From contig CAVSWH010000001.1 of assembly GCA_963731625.1 (NCBI GenBank), forward strand, positions 1,066,685 through 1,130,684: 64,000 bases of DNA, given 5' to 3'. A program made the position numbers and the translations under genes. Positions 35,223-48,733 of the stretch are shown here, in pieces (position 1 is the stretch's first letter; each line of letters begins with the position of its first letter). This DNA comes from an uncultured Actinomycetes bacterium (GTDB taxonomy: Bacteria; Actinomycetota; Acidimicrobiia; IMCC26256; PALSA-555). The notes under the pieces were generated by a model. That model made no database searches, was not told the origin of the DNA, and saw only the letters and a program-made list of their open reading frames with translations.

Positions 35223-35627
35223 GTGGCCCGCTATCCGTTCCTTTCAGACGACTGGCTTCGCGAAGTCGATCGGCTCGTCGACCAGCACGGCGGTGCGGAG
35301 GCACCGGGTGCGCTCGACGTGATGATGAACCTCACGATCACTGACACGCCGTTCGGCGCCGAGCGACTCCTGCACCTCGGCTCGGCCAGCGGGCGGGGCA
35401 GCTGGGGCGCCGGTCACGTCGACGGGGCCGACCTCACGCTCACCACCGACTACACGACCGCCAAAGCGGTGTTCGCCTCGGGTGATCCGACCGCCGGCAT
35501 GCAGGCGTTCATGTCGGGCCGGATCAAGGTCGCCGGCGACATGGCCAAGCTCCTCGCAGCGCAGTCCGGCGCGACGACGGGCGGTAGCACCGCGCTCGAA
35601 ACCGCGATCCAAGAGATCACCGAGTAG
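35223..35627 (+). CDS. SCP2 sterol-binding-domain protein
   Basis: YPFLSDDWLREVDRLVD...TDYTTAKAVFASGDPTAGMQAFMSGRIKVAGDMAKLL. In-frame GTG at 35223. Confidence 0.65.
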   Translation: MARYPFLSDDWLREVDRLVDQHGGAEAPGALDVMMNLTITDTPFGAERLLHLGSASGRGSWGAGHVDGADLTLTTDYTTAKAVFASGDPTAGMQAFMSGRIKVAGDMAKLLAAQSGATTGGSTALETAIQEITE

Positions 35628-35658
35628 GCCTGGCCGTGCGGCGATGCCGCGGTGGGTC

Positions 35659-37893
35659 CTATCGCCGGCCGGGCCCGTCGCGCCCGAGCACCCGCCCGAA
35701 CAGCTCGCGCGCGGTGCGGCTGGCATTGAGCACACGCGAGCGCCGGAACGCCTCGAGCTCCGCGTGCGCGGCGTGGAGCCGGGCCTCGTAGTCCACCTGC
35801 TGGCGCCGGAGGGCAGCCGCGTCCTCCTCAGCCTGGTGCACCTGCCCGGCCAGCTCGCGCTCGGTCCGTTCGTGCGCCGCGATCGTGTCCTCCTGCGCTC
35901 GGATCCGGTTGGCAAGGATCTCGGGCGAGTTCGGCTCGATCGGCACGACGGGCGGCGCGGCGCCGCGAGGCGCGACGGGGCGGAGCGCCGCGAGCGCCGC
36001 CGCGATCGCCTCCCACCGGTTCTCCACCACCGGGCCGGGCACGTTCGCGGCGTGCTCGAAACCGAGCGGGTTGTACCGCTCGACGAGCTCGTCGTAGCGG
36101 TCCCAGAGCACGCTGGACGACGGGTCGAGCCCGCTCACGAAGGCCAAGCCGCTCGGCGCCGTCGGGACGGTGAACCACGACAGCGTCGGCCGTGCCTCCG
36201 CGAGGCAGTGGAGCAGCTTCCAGCAGTCGCCCGTATAGAACTCGCACGCGCGCTCGGGCCGCTGGGTCAGCTCGTCGAACGGCATCACGTCGTGGAGCAC
36301 GACGATGGTCTCGGGGTCGGCGATGGCCTCGACGTGACGGAAGTCGTCGAGGACGACGGGGAACTGATGGAGCCCGTCGATGAACACGAGCGTCGGGCCT
36401 CCACCCAGCAGCTTGCGCACGTCGTGCTGCTCGAAGAACTCCGAGGAGCGCTCGGGGTAGAGGTGGTACTCGATGCTGATCGGGACCTTGATGGTGGGGT
36501 CGGGGTCGATCGCCACCGCGACCGTCGGCGGCCGGGCAAGCGACAGCGACGCCCCCTCGAACACGCCGATCTCAAGGTAGGTGGCCGGAACCAGCTCCTC
36601 GTGCACCTTCTTGAGCACCTGGTCGTACATCGGGCCGGGCATCCGGATGCGGCTCAGCCCGCTGTAGGCCGCGGCGTTCGTCGGCTCCGCCTCGAGCGCG
36701 CGCGTGAACTCGGCCGTCGCCTCCTCGGGCTTGCCCAGCCGCTCGAAGACGTCCCCGGCGAGCGTGTAGTACGAGGCTCGCCGGTCGGCAGGCAGTGCGT
36801 CGATGGCGTCGGCCCGGGTGATCGAGCGCAGGTACGGCACCCAGTCGGGTGAGCCCGGCCAGGCCCGGCGGGCGCGGCGGGCGAACGCCGCGGCGTCAGC
36901 CGTCCGCCCGTGATCCGTGAGCACCTGCGCCCAGTGCAACCAGCCGGATGCAAGCGCCCGTGCTTCGGCGTCGACCGGCGTCTCGGGCAGTCCGCGAGGT
37001 GCGTCGACCCCGACTCGGAGGAGCACCTCGAGCGCGCGGGCGAGCTGGGGCGGAAGCGACGAGGGCGGCGCGCCGAGCACCACCGGCCGGCGGCGTGGCG
37101 TCCTCGGCGTCGTGGCCGGGACCGCGTCGTCCGACGCGCTGACCTGGCGGAACGTCGCCTCGCTCAGCAGCACGACCCACTCGAGGTCGTCGAGGGCGGC
37201 CGCGGCCGAGAGGATGCTCGCAGCGTCACCGTCCTGTCCAGTGGCCGCGCCGGCGTCGAGGCGCGCCCAGACGTGCGCCGGCAGGAAGAAGGCGTGGCTC
37301 TCGGCGACGCCCGAGAACCACGTGTCGACGGCGGGGAGATCCAGCGTTGCAACGCGGAACAGCTCGTACCCCTCGGCCGGCCAGCCGATCGCCGCCAACA
37401 GGCGGTCCTCGTCCTCCTCGTGCCAGCCGGCTTCGCGCGCCGCGGCGACGAGGTCGTATCCGAGGTCCCAGTTGAAGGTGGCGATCGCCGCGCTCGGGTG
37501 GACGCCTGCGCCGGCGATCGCGTAGTGCACGAGCCCGGGGCTGGCGAGCGAGTCACCGTCGACGACGCCGACCGCCTGGCCGCGGGCGGCGCGGACCCCG
37601 GCTCGGATGGCCTCGCGGCGTGGCGCGGCGCCCACCAGTCGAGCGACGCGGAGTCCGGCGCCCCAGCCGGCGATCGATCCGACGGCGAGGGGAGGGGTCG
37701 CGCCGTTGTCGACGAGGACGACCTCGTAGTCGTCAGCGTCGACGTCCTGCTGGTACGTGGGTGCGAGCGACGCGAGGCATCGCTGGACGGCCGGCGACAT
37801 CTCGGTCGCGACGACGACGATCGAGAGCGCTGGACGGTCCGATCCGGGTCGCCGTGTGACGTCGCGCAGTCGCTGGCCCCAGGTGGACGTCAT
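35659..37893 (-). CDS. Multi-domain glycan-modifying enzyme: GT2-like, TPR, class I methyltransferase (Methyltransf_24-like), C-terminal coiled coil
   Basis: LSIVVVATEM...YEVVLVDNG...VVDGDS (GT2). TPR-like YYTLAGDVFERLGKPEEATAEFTRALEAEP. YLEIGVFEGASLSL...FIDGLHQFPVVLDDF (methyltransferase). Heptad-rich tail EDTIAAHERTERELAGQVHQAEEDAAALRRQQVDYEARLHAAHAELEAF. Confidence 0.75.
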   Translation of the reverse strand: MTSTWGQRLRDVTRRPGSDRPALSIVVVATEMSPAVQRCLASLAPTYQQDVDADDYEVVLVDNGATPPLAVGSIAGWGAGLRVARLVGAAPRREAIRAGVRAARGQAVGVVDGDSLASPGLVHYAIAGAGVHPSAAIATFNWDLGYDLVAAAREAGWHEEDEDRLLAAIGWPAEGYELFRVATLDLPAVDTWFSGVAESHAFFLPAHVWARLDAGAATGQDGDAASILSAAAALDDLEWVVLLSEATFRQVSASDDAVPATTPRTPRRRPVVLGAPPSSLPPQLARALEVLLRVGVDAPRGLPETPVDAEARALASGWLHWAQVLTDHGRTADAAAFARRARRAWPGSPDWVPYLRSITRADAIDALPADRRASYYTLAGDVFERLGKPEEATAEFTRALEAEPTNAAAYSGLSRIRMPGPMYDQVLKKVHEELVPATYLEIGVFEGASLSLARPPTVAVAIDPDPTIKVPISIEYHLYPERSSEFFEQHDVRKLLGGGPTLVFIDGLHQFPVVLDDFRHVEAIADPETIVVLHDVMPFDELTQRPERACEFYTGDCWKLLHCLAEARPTLSWFTVPTAPSGLAFVSGLDPSSSVLWDRYDELVERYNPLGFEHAANVPGPVVENRWEAIAAALAALRPVAPRGAAPPVVPIEPNSPEILANRIRAQEDTIAAHERTERELAGQVHQAEEDAAALRRQQVDYEARLHAAHAELEAFRRSRVLNASRTARELFGRVLGRDGPGRR

Positions 37894-38003
37894 GGCTTCG
37901 TCTCGCGTCGCTCGTCGAATCGCAGACGGCAGGATACTGCCGCGGATCGCTCAGTCGGCAGGCCGGGCGGCACGCCGCGGTGCGGCGTGGGACCGGGCGG
38001 AGC

Positions 38004-38933
38004 TCAGCGTGGGACCCGGCCGAGCTCGCTCGGGCCGCCCCGACGATCGTCGCCCGCGGCGAGCTTGGGGCCCTCCTCGACGAGCCGCTCGACCGTCCAG
38101 CGCTCGTGCTGGTTCGTGATCGTCTCCGCGAGCACGTAGGGCTGGTAGCGGGCGACAAGGTCACCTTGGACGAAGAACGTCTCGCCCGTGAACGGGCAGT
38201 CGGCCGTGGCGAGGTAGGCGATCATCGGCGAGATGTTCGCAGGATCCCACTGGTCGAAGACGGACGCGTCGTCGGGCGGCTTCACGAGGTCACTGAGCCC
38301 GGGTGTCTGCTCGGTGAGGCGTGTGCGCGCCATGGGGGTGATCGCGTTCGACCGGACGCCGTAGCGGCCGAGCTCCATCGCGCAGATGGTGGAGAACGCG
38401 GCGATGCCCGCCTTCGCGGCGCCGTAGTTGGTCTGCCCGGCGTTGCCGAGCACGCCCGACGTGGACGAGGTGTTGATGATGGAGGCCCGGACCTCCTGGT
38501 CCGCCTTCGTCTGCTCGCGCCAGTACGCCGCCGCGTGCCGCGTCGGGCAGAAATGGCCCTTCAGGTGGACGGCGATCACCGCGTCCCACTCGGCCTCGGT
38601 CATGTTCACGAGGACTCGGTCGCGCAGGATCCCGGCGTTGTTGACGAGGACGTGCAGGTCGCCGAACGCCTCGACCGCTTGGTCGATCAGGTGCTTCGCA
38701 CCCTCGAAGTCGGCGACGCTGTCCGTGTTGGCGACGGCGTCGCCGCCGAGCGCGGCGATCTCGTCGGCGACCTGCTGGGCCGGGGCGCGATTGGCGCCCT
38801 CGCCGTGCATGTCCCCACCCAGGTCGTTGACGACCACCTTGGCGCCCTGCGACGCGAGGTACAGCGCGTGCTCCCGGCCGATCCCGCGACCGGCGCCGGT
38901 GATGATGCAGACCCGTCCGTCGAGCGATCCCAT
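38004..38933 (-). CDS. Short-chain dehydrogenase/reductase (hydroxyacyl-CoA dehydrogenase-like)
   Basis: TGAGRGIG cofactor motif, NNAG, catalytic S...YGAAK. Confidence 0.85.
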   Translation of the reverse strand: MGSLDGRVCIITGAGRGIGREHALYLASQGAKVVVNDLGGDMHGEGANRAPAQQVADEIAALGGDAVANTDSVADFEGAKHLIDQAVEAFGDLHVLVNNAGILRDRVLVNMTEAEWDAVIAVHLKGHFCPTRHAAAYWREQTKADQEVRASIINTSSTSGVLGNAGQTNYGAAKAGIAAFSTICAMELGRYGVRSNAITPMARTRLTEQTPGLSDLVKPPDDASVFDQWDPANISPMIAYLATADCPFTGETFFVQGDLVARYQPYVLAETITNQHERWTVERLVEEGPKLAAGDDRRGGPSELGRVPR

Positions 38934-39033
38934 GCGTCTCCCTCAGAGCTCCTGCCCCGGCCCGGTGCGTCGGGGAAGCGACCTCGCGGGATCGTACGCA
39001 ACGACGTGCCGCGCCCGCCCGGCGCGGGCCGCG

Positions 39034-40890
39034 TCAGAGGACGAGCGTGACGGTGCTGCCCTTCTTGACCATCGTCCCCGCAGCCGGCGACGTCGACTTG
39101 ACCGGCTTGCCCGGCCCGTAGTTCTGGACGTCGGGCACGAGGCCGGCGGCCGTGAGCTGCTGGCTCGCCGCCTCGACGCTCAGGCCGACCACGTTCGGCA
39201 CGGCGACGGGCTGGGGCCCCTGGCTCACGTTCACCGTGATCTGGGTCCCGGGCACGACCGCGTTGCCGGCGGGCGGGTTCGTGCCGATGACCTCGCCGAC
39301 CGGGACGGTGTCGCTGTACGCGTTCTGCGCGACCGGGTTGAAGCCCTTGCCGGAGAGCACCTGCGCCGCGGCGGCGTACGTCTGGTTCGACACGTCGGGA
39401 ATCGGGATCGGCGCGGGACCCTCACTGACGACCACGGTCACGGTCGACTCGGGGGGCGCCTTCGACGCGCCCGCCGGGGACATCGACATGACGACACCCT
39501 TCGGGATCGTGTTGTCGTACTGCTGGTTGACCTTCACCTGGAACCCGGCCTGCGTGAGGATCGCCTGCGCGTCGGTGACGCCGCGGCCCACGACGCTCGG
39601 CACCGGCACGGGCGGCGGGCCGAGCGACAGCACGACGTCGATCTGGCCCCCGTGGCTCACGAAGGTGCCGGGTGCGGGGTCCTGGGCGATGATGACCCCG
39701 GGCGGGTCGTCGGCGCGCTGCCTCGACGCGACCTGCACGAGGACGCCCGCGTCCGCCGCCTTCGAGACGGCGAGCTTCTCCGTCTGCCCGACCAGCGTCG
39801 GCGCGGCGACCCCCGGCCCTCCGCCGCCCGCGAACAGGAGCACCGCAGCGATGATGATCGCCGCCACGAGGGCGGCGCCGACGACGTAGGGCACGGCGCG
39901 CGACGTCCGGACCGGAGCCGGGCGTACCGGGATGGCGTAGACGCCTTCCTCCATCGTCTCGGACTCGCCCGTCCGCGCGGTGGTCGGCACGCCGGACCGG
40001 GTCGGATCGGGGTCCTCGACCGCGTCGCCGAGCCCGGGCAGCGGAAGCGACGCGGGCTCTGGCAGGCGCGTCGCGACGTCGGCGAGCGCGGCCGCCATCG
40101 TCGCCGCATCCGGATAGCGGTCGGCGCGGTCGGGTCGCCCGGCCCGCTCGATGACGGCGCCCAGCGCGCCGAGCTCCGGCGGCGCCAGGATGCCCCGCAC
40201 CGTGCGCGCCGCGAGCGTGCCGATCGGGGAGTCCCCGACGATCGGCACCTCGCCCGTCGTCGCCTCGACGAGGACCACCGCGAGCGCGTAGAGGTCGGCC
40301 CGCCCGTCGACGGGGAACGCGCCGCCCTGCTCGGGCGCGGCGTACCGGGCGGTGCCGACGAGCGCGCCCACCGGCTCGGTCCACGACGCCTCGGCGAGCG
40401 CGCGGGCGAGCCCGAAGTCCGCCACGCGCACGGCGCCGTGCTCGTCGAAGAGCAGGTTGGCCGGCTTGATGTCGCGGTGGATGAGCCCCCGGTCGTGCGC
40501 GTAGTGCAGGGCCTCGGCGACCTGGCGGCCGACGAGCGCGGCCTGCGCCGGCGAGAGATTGGGTCCCTGGTCGAGGAGCGCGCGCAGCGACCCGCCGCGC
40601 AGCAGCTCGACGACCATGAAGGCGAGGCCTTCGTCCTGTCCCCAGTCGTAGACCGCCATGACGTGCGGGTGGTGCAGCGCCGCGGCGAGTTGCGCCTCTG
40701 CCTGGAAGCGGCGGACGAACCCGGCGTCGTCGCCGAGGCCGGGCTGGAGCACCTTGACCGCGACGCGGCGTCGCAGTCGCACGTCGTCCGCCAGGTAGAC
40801 GCGGCCGCTGGTGCCCGCGCCGATCGGCGCGAGCAGCCGATAGCGCGAGACGAGAACCCGTCCGACGAGGTCGGCGACCGCTTGGACCAT
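39034..40890 (-). CDS. Ser/Thr protein kinase with a transmembrane helix and about four extracellular PASTA domains
   Basis: HRDIKPANLL, DFGLA, transmembrane helix VVGAALVAAIIIAAVLLFA, repeated PASTA blocks (VP.VVG....A...L...G). ATG at 40890 lies inside the tracked ORF. Confidence 0.88.
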   Translation of the reverse strand: MVQAVADLVGRVLVSRYRLLAPIGAGTSGRVYLADDVRLRRRVAVKVLQPGLGDDAGFVRRFQAEAQLAAALHHPHVMAVYDWGQDEGLAFMVVELLRGGSLRALLDQGPNLSPAQAALVGRQVAEALHYAHDRGLIHRDIKPANLLFDEHGAVRVADFGLARALAEASWTEPVGALVGTARYAAPEQGGAFPVDGRADLYALAVVLVEATTGEVPIVGDSPIGTLAARTVRGILAPPELGALGAVIERAGRPDRADRYPDAATMAAALADVATRLPEPASLPLPGLGDAVEDPDPTRSGVPTTARTGESETMEEGVYAIPVRPAPVRTSRAVPYVVGAALVAAIIIAAVLLFAGGGGPGVAAPTLVGQTEKLAVSKAADAGVLVQVASRQRADDPPGVIIAQDPAPGTFVSHGGQIDVVLSLGPPPVPVPSVVGRGVTDAQAILTQAGFQVKVNQQYDNTIPKGVVMSMSPAGASKAPPESTVTVVVSEGPAPIPIPDVSNQTYAAAAQVLSGKGFNPVAQNAYSDTVPVGEVIGTNPPAGNAVVPGTQITVNVSQGPQPVAVPNVVGLSVEAASQQLTAAGLVPDVQNYGPGKPVKSTSPAAGTMVKKGSTVTLVL

Positions 40891-40983
40891 CGACTCCAGG
40901 CTAGGAGGCGCTCCTGCGAATCCCGCGGCACGCGCGCGACGCGATGGCGCGCCCGTCACGACACGCCGGTACCGTGGCGGCTC

Positions 40984-41460
40984 GTGAGCACGAGGCAACC
41001 GACGGCGCTACCCGTCGGGTCGAGCCCGGCGCGCCGACCGCTGTTCCGCCACCCGTGGCGGGTCGCCATCGTCGTGATCGGGCTCATCGCCGTGGCGAAC
41101 CTCGGGATCCTGCTCCTGCAGAAGGCGGACACGACACCGCCCGCGCCGGTGGGGCAGCCGACGAACGTCATCAGCGTCCAGCCCTCCCCCGGCACGCTGG
41201 TCCGCCCCCAGACGACGATCGACGTCCAGCTGCAGACGAACCTGACCGGCGCGCTCGTGCTCGACGGCCAGGAGCTCCCCCTGAACCAGCTCGAGACGTC
41301 GGTCGCGGCCGGCGAGGTCGCGTTCCGTCCGGGACCGGGCAAGCCGTTCAGCCAGTTCGCGCCGGGCACGCACTCAGTGACGGTCGAGTACTGGGTCGCC
41401 GGCAAGCCGCGTCCGCCCGACCCCGGCAGCTACAGCTGGACGTTCCGAGTCGGTGCCTAA
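40984..41460 (+). CDS. Small membrane-anchored hypothetical protein
   Basis: GTG at 40984. Single transmembrane helix WRVAIVVIGLIAVANLGILLL, then a ~100-aa beta-rich domain. Only this C-terminal part of the 1010-aa tracked ORF looks like real coding sequence. Confidence 0.45.
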   Translation: MSTRQPTALPVGSSPARRPLFRHPWRVAIVVIGLIAVANLGILLLQKADTTPPAPVGQPTNVISVQPSPGTLVRPQTTIDVQLQTNLTGALVLDGQELPLNQLETSVAAGEVAFRPGPGKPFSQFAPGTHSVTVEYWVAGKPRPPDPGSYSWTFRVGA

Positions 41461-42476
41461 GCCTCGGCGTTGACGTCGAGCACGGCGGCGCCACGGACCG
41501 CGTCGTGCGCGATCGCGTCGAGCGCGTCGCCCGCCGCCTCGAGCGGGTAGGTGTCGAACTCGGCTCGCACCGGTGCTGCCGCAGCGATCGCCATGAACTC
41601 CTCGGCGTCGCGCCGGGTCATGTTGGCGACGGACCGCAGCGTGCGCTCCCGCCACAGCAGCCCGTAGTCGAACGACGGGATCGGCGACATGTGGATCCCC
41701 GCCAGGCTGACCGTCCCGCCCGGGCGGATGACCTGCAGCGCCACGGGGACCAGCTCCCCCGCGGGCGCGAACACGACGGCCCGATCGCAGGGTGCGGGAG
41801 GCAGCTCCGCCGCGTCACCGACCCACGCCGCGCCCAGCTCCCGGGCGAGCGAGCGGTGCCGCTCCCCTCGGGTGAGCACGACCGCCTCGCAGTCCCAGTA
41901 CGCGAGGACCTGGAGCGCGAGGTGCGCCGACGCGCCGAACCCGAGGAGCGCGACGCGGTCACCAGGCTGCACGTCGGCCCGTCGCAGCGCGCGATAGCCG
42001 ATCACGCCGGCGCAGAGCAGTGGCGCGGCGGCGAGGTCCGACAGGGTGGGCGGCAGCTGCACCGCGAAGTCCTCGCGGACGGTGATCGCGTCGGCGTAGC
42101 CCCCGTCCACGGTCCACCCGGTGAAGCGCGCCGCCTCGCAGAGGTTCTCCTCGCCGCGACGGCAGTACTCGCACACGCCGTCCGTCTCGTGGAGCCAGGC
42201 CACACCGACGCGATCACCGATCCGGAGCCGGTGGCACCCCTCGCCGAGCTGCTCCACGACCCCGACGACCTGGTGCCCCGGGATGATCGGGAGCACGGGC
42301 AGCTCGAGGTCGCCCTCGATCACGTGCAGGTCGGTGCGGCAGCAGCCGCAGGCGCGCACGGCGACGCGCACCGAGCCCGGGCCGGGGTGAGGCCGTGCGC
42401 GCTCCTCGAGCTCGAGCGGTCGGCGGTCCGCCGGCGCGGGCGCGTGCAGCACCTGCGCCCGCATCGTGTCGGTCAC
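41457..42476 (-). CDS. Zinc-dependent alcohol dehydrogenase (MDR family)
   Basis: [17 protein letters not shown], structural zinc site [19 protein letters not shown]. Confidence 0.88.
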   Translation of the reverse strand: MTDTMRAQVLHAPAPADRRPLELEERARPHPGPGSVRVAVRACGCCRTDLHVIEGDLELPVLPIIPGHQVVGVVEQLGEGCHRLRIGDRVGVAWLHETDGVCEYCRRGEENLCEAARFTGWTVDGGYADAITVREDFAVQLPPTLSDLAAAPLLCAGVIGYRALRRADVQPGDRVALLGFGASAHLALQVLAYWDCEAVVLTRGERHRSLARELGAAWVGDAAELPPAPCDRAVVFAPAGELVPVALQVIRPGGTVSLAGIHMSPIPSFDYGLLWRERTLRSVANMTRRDAEEFMAIAAAAPVRAEFDTYPLEAAGDALDAIAHDAVRGAAVLDVNAEA

Positions 42477-42495
42477 GAGGCGACCGGCGGGACGA

Positions 42496-42909
42496 TCACG
42501 GGACGACGAACGTGGCCTGGCCCTTGATGGCCGTGCCGCCGCTCTCCTCGCGGGTCACGACGAGGTCGAGGTCGACGCGCCGCTCGCCGCCCTCCTCGAA
42601 GCGGCGCGCCACGGTGGCCTCACAGACGAGATGGTCACCGGGCCAGACCTGCTCGCGGAACTGCACCGCGAAGCGACGCACGTTCTCCGCGCCGAGCCAG
42701 TCGGTGCAGTAGCAGCCGAGGATCCCGGCTTGGAGCATGCCGACCGAGAAGACGGTCGGGAACCCGGCCGACTTCGCGAACTCCTCGTCGTGGTGGATCG
42801 GATTGAAGTCGCCTGAGGCCCCCTGGTAGCGGACGAAGTCGGTCCGCGTGAGCGGTCCGACCTCGCGGCGGGGACCCTTCGTGCCTTCCGTGAGGTCGTC
42901 CCAACCCAT
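42496..42909 (-). CDS. MaoC-like (R)-specific hydratase/dehydratase subunit (HadB-like)
   Basis: FVRYQGASGDFNPIHHDEEFAKSAGFPTVFSVGM (hydratase motif). Confidence 0.8.
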   Translation of the reverse strand: MGWDDLTEGTKGPRREVGPLTRTDFVRYQGASGDFNPIHHDEEFAKSAGFPTVFSVGMLQAGILGCYCTDWLGAENVRRFAVQFREQVWPGDHLVCEATVARRFEEGGERRVDLDLVVTREESGGTAIKGQATFVVP

Positions 42910-42911
42910 CG

Positions 42912-46419
<3,508 letters not shown>

Positions 46420-46462
46420 GTGGCCGCGTGAAGCGACAGCTCCTCTGCGCGAACCACCCGGT

Positions 46463-47485
46463 CTAGGCGGCGAGGCCTCCGCCGACGAGCCGGTCGCCGT
46501 CGTAGAGGGCGACGACCTGACCCGGTGCGACTCGCGTCGTGGGGGCGTCCAGCCGGACGCGGTGGCCCGCAAGCCGCCCGGGAACCGGCACGCCGTGGGC
46601 CCGGGTCTGCACCAGCAGCGGCTCGACGCCGGGCGCGTCGCCGACGAATCGCAGATCACGCACGGGGATCTCGTTGTCCTCGAGCGCCGCGCCGTCGCCG
46701 ACCGTGACCGTCGCGGTCGCGGCGTCGATCCCGACCACGTAGTGGGGACCGCCACCGGCGATGCCCAGTCCGCGCCGTTGCCCGATCGTGAACTCGGCGA
46801 TGCCCGCGTGATGCGCCAGCACCCGCCCGGTCCCGTCGACGACGGGACCCGGGCGCCGCGGGCCGCGCGCGGCCAGAAAGCGGGTGCGGTCGCCGCGGGC
46901 GATGAAGCACACGTCCATGCTCTCCGGCTTGGTCGCGGTGCGCAGACCGAGACGGGCGGCCTGCGCCCGGACCTCCGCCTTCGTCACTTCGCCGACCGGG
47001 AACAACGCTCGCGCAAGCTCGCCCTGGCCGAGCATGTAGAGGACATACGACTGGTCCTTCGCGAGATCGGCGCCCCGGCGGAGCCGGTACGCGCCATCGG
47101 GACCGCGCTCCACGCGGGCATGGTGGCCGGTGGCGACAGCGTCGAAGCCGAGCGCGACGGCGCGGTCGAGCGCCCGACCGAACTTGATGGATCGGTTGCA
47201 GTCCACGCACGGGTTGGGCGTGCGTGCGGCCGCGTAGGACGCGACGTAGGGCTCCACCACACTCGCGGTGAAGGCGTCCGCGAAGTTGAACACGTAGTGC
47301 GGGATGTCGAGCTGCGCGGCCACGCGGCGGGCGTCCTCGACGTCGGACACGCTGCAGCATCCCGAGCCCGTCTCCCCGCCCCAGAGACGCAGCGTCGCGC
47401 CCGTGACGTCGTGTCCCGCGTGGACCAGCCGCGCTGCCGCGACCGACGAATCGACGCCGCCGCTCATGAGGACCAGCACGTTCAT
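46463..47485 (-). CDS. mnmA: tRNA-specific 2-thiouridylase
   Basis: MNVLVLMSGGVDSSVAA (PP-loop). CSVSDVEDARRVAAQLDIPHYVFNF...NPCVDCN. ATG overlaps the iscS stop (ATGA). Confidence 0.92.
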   Translation of the reverse strand: MNVLVLMSGGVDSSVAAARLVHAGHDVTGATLRLWGGETGSGCCSVSDVEDARRVAAQLDIPHYVFNFADAFTASVVEPYVASYAAARTPNPCVDCNRSIKFGRALDRAVALGFDAVATGHHARVERGPDGAYRLRRGADLAKDQSYVLYMLGQGELARALFPVGEVTKAEVRAQAARLGLRTATKPESMDVCFIARGDRTRFLAARGPRRPGPVVDGTGRVLAHHAGIAEFTIGQRRGLGIAGGGPHYVVGIDAATATVTVGDGAALEDNEIPVRDLRFVGDAPGVEPLLVQTRAHGVPVPGRLAGHRVRLDAPTTRVAPGQVVALYDGDRLVGGGLAA

Positions 47486-48636
47486 CGTGAGATCCGGACC
47501 GGCTCCCGCAGGCGGTCGACCGCACAAGGAATCGCGGCCAGCGCCCGATCGACGTCCTCGTCCGTGGACGCGAAGCCCAAGCTGAGTCGGATCGACGCCA
47601 GGGCGTCGGTTCGGGGGACGCCCATCGCCTCGAGCACGTGAGAAGGCTCGGTCGCGCCGGACGAGCACGACGAGCCCGCGGCGGCGTAGATGTCCTGTCG
47701 ATCGAGCGCGACGAGCAGCGCCTCGGCTTCGACCCCATGGAAGCCGACGTGGCAGTTCCCCGCGACCTTGCGCCGGGGATCGCCGTTGACGAAGGTGTCC
47801 GGGACTCGGGCCGTGAGTCCCTCCACGAGCCGATCACGCAGGGCGGCGACGCGTCGGACGTCCTCGGCCCGGCGCTCGATCGTCGTCGAGAGCGCCGCGG
47901 CCATCGCGACGGCGCCGGCAACGTTGACGGTCCCGGCGCGCAGCCCGCGCTCCTGGCCGCCGCCCTCGAGGAGGGGCCGCAGGCTCGTCCCGTCCCGCAC
48001 GACGAGCGCACCCACCCCTTTCGGGCCGCCGAACTTGTGCGCCGAGATCGCCACGAGCGCGGCGCCGGCTGCCGCGGCGCCGACGTCGAGCCACGGGACG
48101 GCCTGCACGGCGTCCGTGTGGAGCACCGCACTCGGTGCGCGCCGTCGAACGATCGCGGCCAGCTCCGCGAGGGGCTGGATGGTGCCCACCTCGTTGTTCA
48201 CGAGCATCACCGAGACGACGGCCGTGCGGTCGTCGAGCGCCGCTTCGAGGGCCTCGAGGTCGACGATGCCGTCGCGGTGCGCGCCGACCCGTTGCACACG
48301 GAAGCCCTCGGTGACGAGCCGGTCCCCGGCCGCGAGCACCCCTTTGTGCTCGAACGCGCTGACCACGACCCCGTCGCGTCCCTGCGCCGCTCGCGCCGCG
48401 CCCTCCACCCCGAGGTTGTCCGCCTCGGTCCCGCCCCCCGTGAAGACGACCTCACCGGGCCGCGCCCCGAGGGCCGACGCGACGACCTCGCGGGCCTCCT
48501 CGAGCGCCGTCTTGGCGGCCCGCGCGGCCCCGTGGATGCCCGAGGGGTTCGCGAAGCACCCCGAGAGATAGGGCTGCATGGCCGCCACCGCCTCGGGACG
48601 CATCGGGGTGCTGGCGGCATGGTCCAGGTAGGTCAC
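47482..48636 (-). CDS. iscS: Cysteine desulfurase (IscS/NifS family)
   Basis: VTYLDHAASTP...PLP-lysine motif SAHKFGGPKG...active-site SSGSSCSSG. Start is uncertain (GTG at 48636; tracked ORF extends to 48807). Confidence 0.88.
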   Translation of the reverse strand: MTYLDHAASTPMRPEAVAAMQPYLSGCFANPSGIHGAARAAKTALEEAREVVASALGARPGEVVFTGGGTEADNLGVEGAARAAQGRDGVVVSAFEHKGVLAAGDRLVTEGFRVQRVGAHRDGIVDLEALEAALDDRTAVVSVMLVNNEVGTIQPLAELAAIVRRRAPSAVLHTDAVQAVPWLDVGAAAAGAALVAISAHKFGGPKGVGALVVRDGTSLRPLLEGGGQERGLRAGTVNVAGAVAMAAALSTTIERRAEDVRRVAALRDRLVEGLTARVPDTFVNGDPRRKVAGNCHVGFHGVEAEALLVALDRQDIYAAAGSSCSSGATEPSHVLEAMGVPRTDALASIRLSLGFASTDEDVDRALAAIPCAVDRLREPVRISR

Positions 48637-48733
48637 CGCCGTCGAGTGTATGAGCGCCCATTTCCACTCGCCGGCGGAGTGCCGTGCGTCACAGCCCGGA
48701 ATGCTTGTCACACCCCCCGGCGATACTCCTGGT

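Noticed and set aside
38428-40983. N-terminal 850 aa of the 1010-aa plus-strand ORF 38428-41460
   Set aside because: It is antisense to the SDR and PASTA-kinase genes, which have unambiguous catalytic motifs. Only the last ~158 codons, from the GTG at 40984, have protein-like composition.
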